A DNA stretch of 64,000 nucleotides from a virus, in IMG/VR virus record IMGVR_UViG_3300045988_103180. One strand, given 5' to 3'. Numbering within the stretch: position 1 is the first letter of the stretch; every line of letters begins with the position of its first letter. This document shows, piece after piece, positions 48,751 to 59,900 of this stretch. The position numbers and the translations under genes were made by a program. Below the pieces are notes generated by a model. That model searched no databases. It worked only from the letters and a program-made list of their open reading frames with translations, and was not told where the DNA came from.

Positions 48751-49362
48751 ATGAAACACGTTGCTTCTAATATCTTACGAACTAATTATAAGTCTACTTT
48801 TCTTTCTCATGCAGAAGACCAAGAAACCATTTGGCGAAAACTTTTTGTTGAAAGTAGGCCTTACAGCGATATGCTGAAAAAGTTACTTATTATTAATACG
48901 CCTGATTGTCTTGATAGGACACAAGACCAATATCAGCGTAAGATTGAACAATATACTATTAAAGATCTACATGATAATCAATATATCAAGGCTACTCCCA
49001 AGCTCTCTTTTGGAGAACATGAAGAAGTTAAATCTTATATCATGTTAGACTTTGATGATTTTTCTCCTTCTGAGAATCCTCGCTATCGCAATTGCGTTAT
49101 TAGCTTCACGATTATCTCACAACTTGACTATTGGGAACTAGATGACTATCAGTTACGTCCTTGGATGATTGCTGGATATGTAGATGGTATTATGAATGAT
49201 ACTCGTCTATCTGGTATAGGTAAGCTACAATTCTTAGGTGCGCAACAGCTTGTTTTAAATGAATATTTAGGTGGCGTAATGCTACGATACTCAGCTAGCC
49301 ATAGTGAAGCCGATGATTCACAGAATATTGATAATACTAAGCCTGCGCCGCAAGATTTATAA
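48751..49362 (+). CDS. virion structural protein
   Basis: 203 aa, GGAGG SD. Confidence 0.65.
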   Translation: MKHVASNILRTNYKSTFLSHAEDQETIWRKLFVESRPYSDMLKKLLIINTPDCLDRTQDQYQRKIEQYTIKDLHDNQYIKATPKLSFGEHEEVKSYIMLDFDDFSPSENPRYRNCVISFTIISQLDYWELDDYQLRPWMIAGYVDGIMNDTRLSGIGKLQFLGAQQLVLNEYLGGVMLRYSASHSEADDSQNIDNTKPAPQDL

Positions 49363-49374
49363 AGCTGGTGCAGC

Positions 49375-50145
49375 ATGTCAGAGTTACAAGGAGATTTAGG
49401 TAAATATCTTTCTGGAATGCCAGTGACGGTTACGGGAGCAAATGTTGCTATCTCGCAACCGTCTATTAAAGATATTTGTGCTTTTGGTGAAGATTCGTTT
49501 CTTATGTCAATTGAACTTTTTGTCAAGGCGAAAGAACTTGCCGCAGAAATGAAAAACGTGGGCAAAAGTCAATTAGGATATATGGACGATTTTCAAATAT
49601 TATTAGTAATCATCCAACAGGACGAAAACACGAAAAGAAATGTAGATAACCTTTTCGGTCTTATTTTTCCTGATTATATAATTGAATATGACGCTGGGTG
49701 TATCAACTTTAGAGTACAGGAGAATGGACCGATAGTAGGGCAACTCAATCCTATGAATTTTGAAAATTTCAGAATTACATTGAAAGAATTATTTTTGCCA
49801 GTAGGCACTGATAAGTATGAAGAAGAATTTAATCCTGCTAATGATGCAGCTGCCGAAATTGCGGCGAAACTTCAACGTGGTCGAGAAATACGAAATCAGA
49901 TAAAGAGCGATAAGGATAAGAAGAAAGCCAATAGTATCTTTGGCAACTATGTTTCTGCTCTTTCTATTGGCTTGGCAATTGATATTAATGTCATATATAA
50001 CTATACTCCATTTCAGCTGTTTGACAGTATTAAGAGGTATACGATTAAGATGGCATATGATTTATATCAGAAAGTTGCTACTACTCCTATGATGGACGTT
50101 AGTAAGATGGACGAACCTGATAATTGGATGGACGGTATTTATTGA
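49375..50145 (+). CDS. virion structural protein
   Basis: 256 aa. Confidence 0.65.
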   Translation: MSELQGDLGKYLSGMPVTVTGANVAISQPSIKDICAFGEDSFLMSIELFVKAKELAAEMKNVGKSQLGYMDDFQILLVIIQQDENTKRNVDNLFGLIFPDYIIEYDAGCINFRVQENGPIVGQLNPMNFENFRITLKELFLPVGTDKYEEEFNPANDAAAEIAAKLQRGREIRNQIKSDKDKKKANSIFGNYVSALSIGLAIDINVIYNYTPFQLFDSIKRYTIKMAYDLYQKVATTPMMDVSKMDEPDNWMDGIY

Positions 50146-50252
50146 GTATAATCGTGGTTTTGCCGCGTTATATAATAGACATAGAAATTAGCGCGTTATG
50201 TTTCTATGACTAAGGAAAATGTATACAAATTCCTAAATGTAAGGAGAAATCT

Positions 50253-51326
50253 ATGAATAGATTTGGCGTGCGAGAAATCTGCGATGTAGTCTTCAAGCCT
50301 CTTACATCCGTAGACCTCGGTGGCCAGCACTTCGATGCTGGTCAGCCTATGCTTTATATTGACACCGCCAAGACTTCTAGCCTTGAAGGTGCTGCTACCA
50401 CTGTTTATGCACAAGGTGGCAAAGGTAATCCTCGTCTAATCGCCTGGGATGGTGAGAAGACTCTTACCTTGACTCTTGAGGATTCTCTAATGAGTCCTAC
50501 CAGTTTTGCCATGCTTTCTGGTGCTGGCCTAGTACATGGCAAGAAGACTGGTGAAAATAAGACTCCTATCTATGTCCATGCTACATATGATATGGTTGCT
50601 GAAACTTCTGATGATAAAATTATCGCTAAGCTAACTGATGAAGACCGTAATGGTGCAACTATCATCGTTACAAAAGAAGCTCCTATCTATCCTGTTACTC
50701 TTGATAGTGCTGGCGCTCAAGCTAATTATCTTTCTGCTGTTACCGACAAGCAGGTTTTTGTTATTAATGATGGCAAGACCCTGACTGCTGCTACTCTTGG
50801 TGACCATGGTGAAATTGAAGCCGAAGGTAAGACAATTGCTTTCCAGCTTGCTGCCGATGAACCCGGCGATAGCAAGCAGGATGCCGCTGTAAAGGCTGGT
50901 GACACTGTCCGCATTGACTGTTATGAGGTTCATTACGATGAAGCCTATGAGATGCAGATTGATGCTGAGAACTTCGCTGGTTACTACTATATCGAAGCGT
51001 CTACCCTCTTCCGTGATGAAGAGACTGGCGTAGACCTTCCTGCTGAATTTATCATTCCTCGTGGTAAAATCCAGAGTAACTTTACGTTCTCTATGGCTAA
51101 TAATGGTGACCCGTCAACATTTACATTTACTATTGACTGTATGCCTGCCTACACAAAATTCAACAAAAAGAAGAAGGTTATGGCTACGCTACAGGTTGTT
51201 GACAAGACTGATACAACTCACAACTATAAGAATAAGGATGTTCTTGGTCACGATGGTCGTACAAAGGATTCCGATGTAGATAGTTGGTATTCTAAGTCTG
51301 TCTTCTCCGAAACAGCGGGGGAATAA
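50253..51326 (+). CDS. major tail (tube) protein candidate
   Basis: 357 aa, AAGGAG SD, highly biased codons; upstream of chaperone-like gene and tape measure; see frameshift finding. Confidence 0.65.
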   Translation: MNRFGVREICDVVFKPLTSVDLGGQHFDAGQPMLYIDTAKTSSLEGAATTVYAQGGKGNPRLIAWDGEKTLTLTLEDSLMSPTSFAMLSGAGLVHGKKTGENKTPIYVHATYDMVAETSDDKIIAKLTDEDRNGATIIVTKEAPIYPVTLDSAGAQANYLSAVTDKQVFVINDGKTLTAATLGDHGEIEAEGKTIAFQLAADEPGDSKQDAAVKAGDTVRIDCYEVHYDEAYEMQIDAENFAGYYYIEASTLFRDEETGVDLPAEFIIPRGKIQSNFTFSMANNGDPSTFTFTIDCMPAYTKFNKKKKVMATLQVVDKTDTTHNYKNKDVLGHDGRTKDSDVDSWYSKSVFSETAGE

Positions 51327-51470
51327 AAGCCGCAACGTCAACTGAATCTGCGGCTAACAAACAGTATTCAGACGTAACTGCTAATGCAGTTGATTCAACT
51401 ACTAAGACTTTTGTAGATGAAACTATTCCCAGTGTTTCTAAGCTAAAGAAGTCTGTAGCTAAATAAGCTA

Positions 51471-51506
51471 AAGGGTGTTCCTTAACTGGGACACCCTTTT
51501 TCTTTT
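51471..51506 (+). terminator. rho-independent terminator after tail tube region
   Basis: AAGGGTGT..ACACCCTT + T-run; lies after the out-of-frame extension, not after the tube stop codon. Confidence 0.7.
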
Positions 51507-51565
51507 TAAATAGCAATAATATATATTGCTATTGCAATATATACTAATGTTATTTAGGAGGTAAT

Positions 51566-53092
51566 ATGAGCAATTTCAATTGGCGTGCCATTCAAGCGTA
51601 TAATGGCGGTAAAGAATATCTTGCTTATACTATTGCCAGAGGACAAGCCGATATTGACGATGACACGATGCATCGTATTATGAAACGTCAAGTAAGTACA
51701 TTTACTCAAAGATTTAATCAAGTAAATGCGGCCAGTGGTAAAAAATATACTGGTAGACAGATTAAATCTATGATGGATAACTGGGTTTCAAATGGTGGTA
51801 TAATAGGTCAAAATATTGATGCGGCAATGAAAAACATTGCAAACTTTGATAACAAAGGTATTGCTAAATCATATAGTACGTCTGGTGATATTTTTGTCGA
51901 TGGTGTCAGTTTGGCAAATGTAGGTGCTGCATTTAGTTCGTCTGTGCAAGGTTGTTTGACCCATGTATCCAGTATTACTACAGCAGTCAATGAAGCTGTT
52001 AATAATATTATCTGGACACTTGCATCTAATTATGAATACTTAGTTGCTGCGCGTCTAGTTGACGCATACTATACGAGCGGAAATGTCCCATCAGACCTAC
52101 AGGGCATTCCAACAGATGCGAGCATTAGTGCGGGAATGGTCAAGGAGTCTGAAACGAAAATTGTTCTTGCAATGGAGAAAGTACGAGAAAATTTAGATAT
52201 TCTTGCTTCTCTTGGTGATGGTGGCAGTGCTGATATTCAGAATAGCTTTCAATCTGCCGCAGATTCTATTGCAGCCGCTTTTAACTCTATTGGCGGTACA
52301 GTTCATGAAATGGCAGAAGCACATGCAATTAATGTTGCCGCAAATGAAGGTCAACAGCTTATTATGGAAAATGATGAAAAGATAAAGCAGATGGTATCTG
52401 CCGCAGATGGTAAATTTTATTCTAATTGGACAGCCCAACAGATAACAGATACTCTTGAAGGTAAAGAATCCAAGGAAGATGTTCATATTTATTGGAATAA
52501 AGGTGGCATTGTTCTTGAATTTGGTGGTAATATTAAATTACGTGAAAGCGCGCCCTTTCAAGGTAGTGGCCCAGGCTCGCGCGCTCTTGGAGTTGAAGGA
52601 TTTGTCGCTAGAAGTATGACATATCAGCAGTTAGCCAAAAAATTAAATGCCTTTGCGCCCGGTGCTGGTCAGTATGGATATAGCCTTGTCGGTGCTCTTG
52701 GTACTACTGTTAATGCTATGGACTGGTACAATATCAGGCAGGCGGCTGGCGCTTTGAGTCTTGTAGATGCTATCGCTGGTAGTGGTATTCAAGGAGACTA
52801 TTCAACCTTGCTTATTGTAAATAATAAGATATTTTCAATTTATGATATTCTTAGAAAGATTTATGATAATTCAGATACTATTTTGAAGTATGGTGGTAGC
52901 AAATATTATCTTGTTGAAGGTTTTGACTTAGGTACTTTAAGAAGTAAAGTTATGCCGTCACAGACAGGAGATAATGTTTTCCGTATGGCGTTAAATCGTA
53001 ATAAACTTGCCTACAAGGTATTGAATAATACTAAGATTAGTATCACACTTAATATGGGTCATTTATTTACGCCAGATATTTTTAAATCTTAG
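51566..53092 (+). CDS. tail-module protein of unknown role
   Basis: 508 aa, AGGAGG SD. Confidence 0.65.
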   Translation: MSNFNWRAIQAYNGGKEYLAYTIARGQADIDDDTMHRIMKRQVSTFTQRFNQVNAASGKKYTGRQIKSMMDNWVSNGGIIGQNIDAAMKNIANFDNKGIAKSYSTSGDIFVDGVSLANVGAAFSSSVQGCLTHVSSITTAVNEAVNNIIWTLASNYEYLVAARLVDAYYTSGNVPSDLQGIPTDASISAGMVKESETKIVLAMEKVRENLDILASLGDGGSADIQNSFQSAADSIAAAFNSIGGTVHEMAEAHAINVAANEGQQLIMENDEKIKQMVSAADGKFYSNWTAQQITDTLEGKESKEDVHIYWNKGGIVLEFGGNIKLRESAPFQGSGPGSRALGVEGFVARSMTYQQLAKKLNAFAPGAGQYGYSLVGALGTTVNAMDWYNIRQAAGALSLVDAIAGSGIQGDYSTLLIVNNKIFSIYDILRKIYDNSDTILKYGGSKYYLVEGFDLGTLRSKVMPSQTGDNVFRMALNRNKLAYKVLNNTKISITLNMGHLFTPDIFKS

Positions 53093-53157
53093 TTGACATT
53101 GTTTTAAAAGTATGGTATAATATAACCATATAGGTATAGAGATAAAAGGAGATTTTT

Positions 53158-53808
53158 ATGGCAATTCTTTTTGAAACAGAGACAGCTAAAAAGCTGACCT
53201 CGCAAGACATGTATGATATTATTCATTTTGCAGCACAGTCTGCTGAGGATAATGGCTTCGTCAACCAGTTTGTTTTTGAACGTGCGCTATATGCGTATGC
53301 GGCAATTATTTTATATCCTGACCGTAAGGAAGAGCTTGGCCGCATTGTTTCAGATAATATTCTAGATGCTTGGGATGCTCTTTTGACTGATGGTACTATC
53401 GCAGATATGAATGAAAACTTTGCGGTAGATATGGATGCTCTTGGTCGAATTGGCAGTGTATGGCTTGATGATTATATTAAATATCTACAATCTGCTCGTG
53501 GTATTTTCTCTACGTTTCAAACTTTTAGTGGCGATATTGTAGAGTCTACAGTAAATCGTTTTAAAGATGCTTTTAGTGAAAACGATGCACAGACTGTTCT
53601 TGATATTGTAGATAAATGGGGCATGAATAATACTCCAAAAGATGAAAGTAAATTAAAGGAAAAAGTCAAAGTCAAGGCTATGGCAACCCCTGAACAGGTT
53701 AATGATGCGATTAATGCCGCCACCGACTATCTTGCTTCTGTGCCAACAAAAAATGATGAGATTAAAGAAGATAGCGAGCAAGAGGACGGTCCTCTATTCG
53801 AGCTTTAG
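53158..53808 (+). CDS. tail assembly chaperone-like protein
   Basis: 216 aa, acidic C-terminus, directly before the tape measure; position-based. Confidence 0.5.
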   Translation: MAILFETETAKKLTSQDMYDIIHFAAQSAEDNGFVNQFVFERALYAYAAIILYPDRKEELGRIVSDNILDAWDALLTDGTIADMNENFAVDMDALGRIGSVWLDDYIKYLQSARGIFSTFQTFSGDIVESTVNRFKDAFSENDAQTVLDIVDKWGMNNTPKDESKLKEKVKVKAMATPEQVNDAINAATDYLASVPTKNDEIKEDSEQEDGPLFEL

Positions 53809-53830
53809 TACAAAATTCAATAATTATTAT

Positions 53831-53864
53831 GAGCCTACTTTTATATAAAGTAGGCTCTTTTTTT
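53831..53864 (+). terminator. strong rho-independent terminator directly upstream of the tape measure gene
   Basis: GAGCCTACTTT-TATAT-AAAGTAGGCTC + T7. Confidence 0.75.
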
Positions 53865-53936
53865 ATGCCTATATTAACGTTAATAAAGATATAAAAGGAG
53901 GTACGATTGTGAATCGTACAGATAGATTTAAGGTAG

Positions 53937-56900
53937 GTGATTACCATTAGTAAATATTCAAATACTATTGAGTATAATCTACGAACTACATTAGACCGCT
54001 CTGGTTTGACTCAATTGCAGACTGAGCTTAATAAAGTTTCTGTTCAATTGAAAGAAATGCAATCTCAGAGGTTGCTTGACCCCTCTCAAGTAGATTCGTC
54101 AATCAGCACAATCAACAAATTTAAAAGTGCATTGAATTCTAGCTTCAATTCAAAAATTGGTATGCTTGATATGTCAAAATTTGTTGGACAATTGCAAGAA
54201 AGTAAAGTATCTTTAAATAGCTTGCAGAATTCTTTTGCTTTAACTGGTAATACTGGCAAGGCTGCATTTGCTGGTGTATTAGGACAGCTTGGTAAAATTG
54301 ATACCGGCATTAAAAGTACAAGCTCTATGGTTGACAAAATCTTTAACACAATGGGTAATACTGTGCGCTGGGGCATTATGTCAAGCGCTTTTAATGGTGT
54401 AACTGATTCCATTCGTCAATCAGTTGAATATGCAAAAGACCTTGATGATTCGTTGACACAGATTATGCTTGTTACTGATTATTCGCGTGATTCGATGGTT
54501 CAGTATGCAAAACAAGCTAATGAAGCTGCTAAGGCTCTTGGTTCTACGACTGTTGCTATGACAAACGCTTCTCTGGTCTATAGTCAGCAAGGCTTTGACT
54601 TGAATAAGTCTCAACAACTTGCTGAAATGTCAACTAAATTAGCAAATGCTTCTCAGCAAGATACTTCTACAACGTCAGACCAAATCACAGCATATATGAA
54701 TGCTTATGGTCTTGATGATAATATTGATAAACTTAATGCGGCACTAGATTCTTGGGCCAATGTAGCAAATATTTCTGCTGCTGACGTTGGAGAACTTGCA
54801 GAAGCATCACAGAAAGCTGCATCAGCAGCAGCTACTCTTGGAGTTTCTACAGACCAACTTAACGCCCAAATTGCAACTATTGAATCTGTTACCCGAGAAG
54901 CCCCAGAACAAATTGGTAACGGTTTAAAGACACTTTACGCACGCTTTTCAGACCTATCAATGGGTAAAACCCTAGATGATGGAGTAGACTTAGGAAAAGT
55001 AACTTCTACGCTAGATAAAATTGGTGTACAGGTTTTAGACGGCGATGGAAAAATGCGTGGCGTTGGCAATATCATGGAAGACTTAATGAAAGTTTGGGAT
55101 TCTATTGATTCTACACAAAAAGCTGCCGTAGGCCAAACACTTGCTGGTAAATTCCAACTTACACGTTTTGAAGCATTGATGAACCGTGCAGATTTATATA
55201 AGCAATATAAAGCTGGTTCTGAAAATGCTAATGGTACACTTGATGTAATGAATGAGAAGTATGTTGATTCATTACAGGGAAAATTAAATAAATTACAAAC
55301 TACCTTTGAAGGTATTATAAATAGCCTTGGTGATTCTTCTGATTTTTATGGATTCATTGATGGATTATCTACTGCATTAGATTTAATGCAGAAATTGGTT
55401 GATTCTATTGGCGGTGGTTCTGCTGCGCTAACTTTACTTGGTGCTACTGCTACTAAAGTATTTAGTACAACCATGTCTCGTGGTATTGCTTCTATGATAC
55501 AAAACCATCAGGTTAATAAAACTCGTAAAGTGAATGCGCAGACGAGACAGCAAAAATTGCAGGAAATGGGCTATAATCATATTGAAGAAAATGAATCTAC
55601 AAAGCCCATTATGGATTTTGTCAATACCGGTATTAAATATCAACCAGACATGAATGAAGGTCAGGCTAAAGAATATAATAGTATTCTTGACAGTTTAGTT
55701 ACATCTGTGCAAAAAGTAACTACAGAAGAAGATAAGATGCGTGAAGCTGTTGAAGCTACTAACATTGCTATGAGAGCAGCCTTAGAGACTTCTTTTGATT
55801 ATCTAGAACTTACGAGAGACGAGAATGGCGTTTTACAAATTAAGCCAACCGATGTATATGACATAGCGATTAGAAATAGTCAAGATAAATTAGGCAAGCT
55901 GGGCACTAATGAGTTGAAGCAAATTACTGGAGAACAGGCACTTAAAAGTGGTGCTTATAGTGCTAATCTAACTAGAAACCTAAGTACAATAAAAGCTGCA
56001 AAAGCAGAAGACGCAACAGCTGGTACTAAGACACGGGCAACTGCTGCTATGCAGACAGCGTTTGACAGGGGTAAAAGTCTAGTAAAAGAGTTTATGGGTA
56101 CTGATAACATCTGGGACGATCGGTTCAATGAATATGAAGAAAAAATTGAAGACCTCAGAAACCCAATTCAGCAGTTAATTGTTAGTCTAAGAGAGCTTTC
56201 AAAAGTTATTAATGAAGATAATTATAATTTTGATGCAGCGATTGAGACATTGGGAAAAGTACAGAACGCAGCAAACGGAGCAGCCGAAGCAGCTGACGTT
56301 GCTACAAAACAGCAAAATGCAACTCGTAAAGAAGACAGAGTGCCGTTATCTAATGTTGGAGAAGCAGCACAGCAAAATAATAAAATGCAAGCTGCGCAAG
56401 AAGAGCTGAAAACTGCGCAAGGCCGTGGTGAAGGCTTCAACGAAGGTATGGATTTACAAAATGATATTCAGCAAATTGTTCAAGCAACTTCTGCTATTGG
56501 TCAACTTGGTTTTGCTTGGCAATCTTTCCAGAATTTAGGCTCTATCTGGGCGAATGCAGATTTAACAGACGGTGAAAAATTAGAATCAACCTTTTTAAAT
56601 CTAACTATGGTTTTACCGAATATTATATCTGGCATTACTATGCTTTCTGATGCGTTAAAAGCCCTTGATGGTTCAAAAGCAATGTCTTCTTTGCTAGATA
56701 TTTTTAATGGTATTAGTTCTTCTATTACTAATATGACAAGTATTCAAAATACCTCACATGTTTTTGAATATGTTAATGATGAATTAACATATTTGGATGA
56801 TGGAGCGCAAATTGCATCTGAGGGTATTGAAGGTTTGTCAGCAGCATTTGCGAGCGGTTCTTCTGCTGGAACTGGTTTTGGTAGTGTAATTACCAGTCTT

Positions 56901-59900
56901 CTTAGTTCAATTAATCCAGTTACCCTTGCGCTTACAGTAGCAGCTGTTGCTATTGGTGGATTAACATTTGCCATGAAGAAACATGCAGAAGAAGAGCAAG
57001 AACGCATAGACACCATTAGGGATAATGCAGAGCAAGCTAGAAAAGATTCAGAATCTATTAAGGATTTAACATCTTCTTTTGATGATTTATATTCACAATA
57101 TCAAGATGGAGCTGATAATTCTGATGCCCTTTCTTCTGCTGCTAAAAATATAAATGATGTTATTGATGACCAGTCTTTAAAGGTTGCAGCAGCTTCTGGC
57201 AATTGGAAAGAATATGCTAACAGTTTAAGAAAAGCACAGGTCGCACAACTTAATCAACAAAATAAAGATTTATGGGCTGAACGAAATGAAGACGCTTCTG
57301 CCGCCAATGATAGCTTTAATCGTATTGATTTTAAAGAGATAAAAACAAAAGGTACTTATAAAGATATTACTTCTGGCAATGCCGCTGCAACAACTGGCAT
57401 TGGTAAAATGATTAAAGCATATGGAAAAGATTTTTCTGATTTATATTTTAATAATTCGACTGGTACTGTTTCAGTAGATAAAAAGCTGAATGATGAAGAA
57501 GCCTATAAAGAGCTAGAAGCATTTTTAACTACTTATAATCAGCATCAAGAAGAATTTTTATCAAAACTTTCTGCTAATGATAAAGACCGTATAGAAAAAT
57601 TCGTGGCATCTGCTAAAGAGCAAGTTAATAATGAAAGTGTCCAGTCTGTTCGCACGAATGACCAAACTCTTGGAGCTAATTATGCTGAAATATACAAAGA
57701 TGATAAATCTTTTAAATATCAGGAAGGTCAGACGATTGAACAGTATACCAATACTGTTAAGCAAGCTCTTAAAGAACAAGGAATAAATGCTTCATCAACT
57801 TTACTTGACGCTTTCGTACAAGGCATGATGCAAGGTGATAGTGATTCAAGCAAACAACTTGCTGCTGAGCAAGTTAAAGAAACTTCTCAAAATACTTTTG
57901 AAGACAATATTAAAAATAATTGGGAATCAAGTAAATTATCATTTAATACAGATCAATTAGCTAAGAATCCTCAATCAATGGATATGACCGAGGGGCTAGA
58001 TTTTTCAAAATATAGTAAAGAAATTTCATCTACAATAGCTCAAGCGGCTATAAACCAAGTTAATGAATCTTCTTTAAGTGACGAAGATAAGCAAAAGCTA
58101 TTATCTAGTATAGACTGGTCAAACAGTATTTCAGATATTTTAGCAACTATTACAGAAGCGGTTGATACTGGAGATGTAGAAACAGCTTTGAAAAATAATA
58201 CAGGCAAAAAACATAGCAATGGAGAGCTTGCTGCGGGATATGAGGATAATACTGATTTAACCAAACATCTTGAAGATGAATATGACGTTTCTAATGATGT
58301 AATAGATACTTATAAGCAACAGATGGAAGCTACAACTGATTTAGGAAAAACTAAACAGGAATTAGCTGATGAAGTCAAAAAAACAACAGACGAATTTGGT
58401 TCTGAATCAAAAGAAGCTAAGCAAGCACAGCGTAATTTAGATAATTATAATGACTCTGCTGATGATACAGCTGCAAAAACAATACAAACCCAAAAAGGCC
58501 TTGATAAATTATCCGAATCTTTTGAAGATAACTATAAAATTTTAAAGAGTGGAGATAAAACTACTTTATCATATGTTCAAGCATTGACCGAAACAAAAGA
58601 TGCTTTGGCAGATGTTTTAAATACTTCTTCTGAAAATATCTCTAATGATTTTGTAGAATCGCATTTAAACGAAATCAACCAATTAGCAAATGGAGATTTA
58701 TCTGCTCTCGATTCATTAAGAGAAGCAGCCGCACAAGATTATGTTGTTAAAATCTCTCAAGAAGGAAATCTGACCCCAGAAAATTTGGAATGGCTTAAAA
58801 ATCAAATCACTCAAATTTCTGGTATGAGCATTGATGTTGGTTCTTCATTAAATGACCAAGGTTTTATTGATGGATTAAACGATATGCTTGATGCTGGTAC
58901 AATGACTGTTGACCAAGTAAATTCTTTATTTGGTATGATGGGATATGACCCAACTATTACTTGGAAAACTGAACGCAAACCAGTGTTTGATTTAAGTAAA
59001 TATTCCATTAAGCTACCAGACCCACTTGGTGAAATTAATCTACCAAATATTAAAATTATGGGTGACGTATCTGTTCCGCAAATTAGTGGTGGCTCTAATA
59101 CAAAAGGTAAAAATGCCCCAACAAAAGTTGGTGGCGGTAGTGGCTCATATTCTGGGCACGGTTTATCAGCTCCATCAGGAGGCGGCGGCTCTAAAGGTGG
59201 AGGCGGCGGAGGCGGCGGCGGAAGTGGCTCCGGTTCATCTTACACTGCAAAAGAAAAAAAAGAAATTGACAACGAAGTTGATTTGTATGAGCGCGTCAAT
59301 ACAATTCTTGAAAAAGTAAATAGCCAATATGAACAGCTAAACAAAGAGCGAGATAGACTTACTGGTAAAAAATTAGCTGAAAATATTGCTAAAGAGACAG
59401 CTTTATTGGAACGTCAAATTGCCGTTCAAAAAGAAAAGCAAAAGATACAGGATAAAGAAGCCGCAGACCTACGTAACGAACTTTCATCGTCTTTTGGCGT
59501 ACAATTTGATTCAGAAGGATATATTGCCAATTATGCAGACGTATATAATCAATTAGTAAATAAAGTTAATGAACTTGGAGCAAAATATCCAACACTTACT
59601 TCTGATGAACAGGAAAAAGCGCTAGACAAAGAATATGATGCCGCAGAAAAGGCATTAGATAAATTTAACACTAAATATAAGCGATATGATGAATTATTTA
59701 GTGGAGATATGGAAGAAACCAAGAGCACTATTGAAGACCTTAAAGATTCAATCGAAGATTTACGTATCGAAGTTTTAAAGACTCAAGTTGAAGCTCTCGA
59801 TAATCTTAAAGACATTCAAGAAAGTCTCGTTGATTTCGACCGTGCATTTAATCGTGGTATCAAACTAACGCCTTATCAAGAAGCAGCCGATAATGTCGCC

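Noticed and set aside
51292-51516. 74-aa minus-strand ORF after the tail tube gene
   Set aside because: It lies antisense to the open -1 frame extension and spans the terminator hairpin. It has no SD.
53909-53950. 13-codon GTG ORF with an ideal SD as a real gene
   Set aside because: It is too short to call. It is kept only as part of the uncertainty about tape measure initiation (see the finding at 53831..62480).
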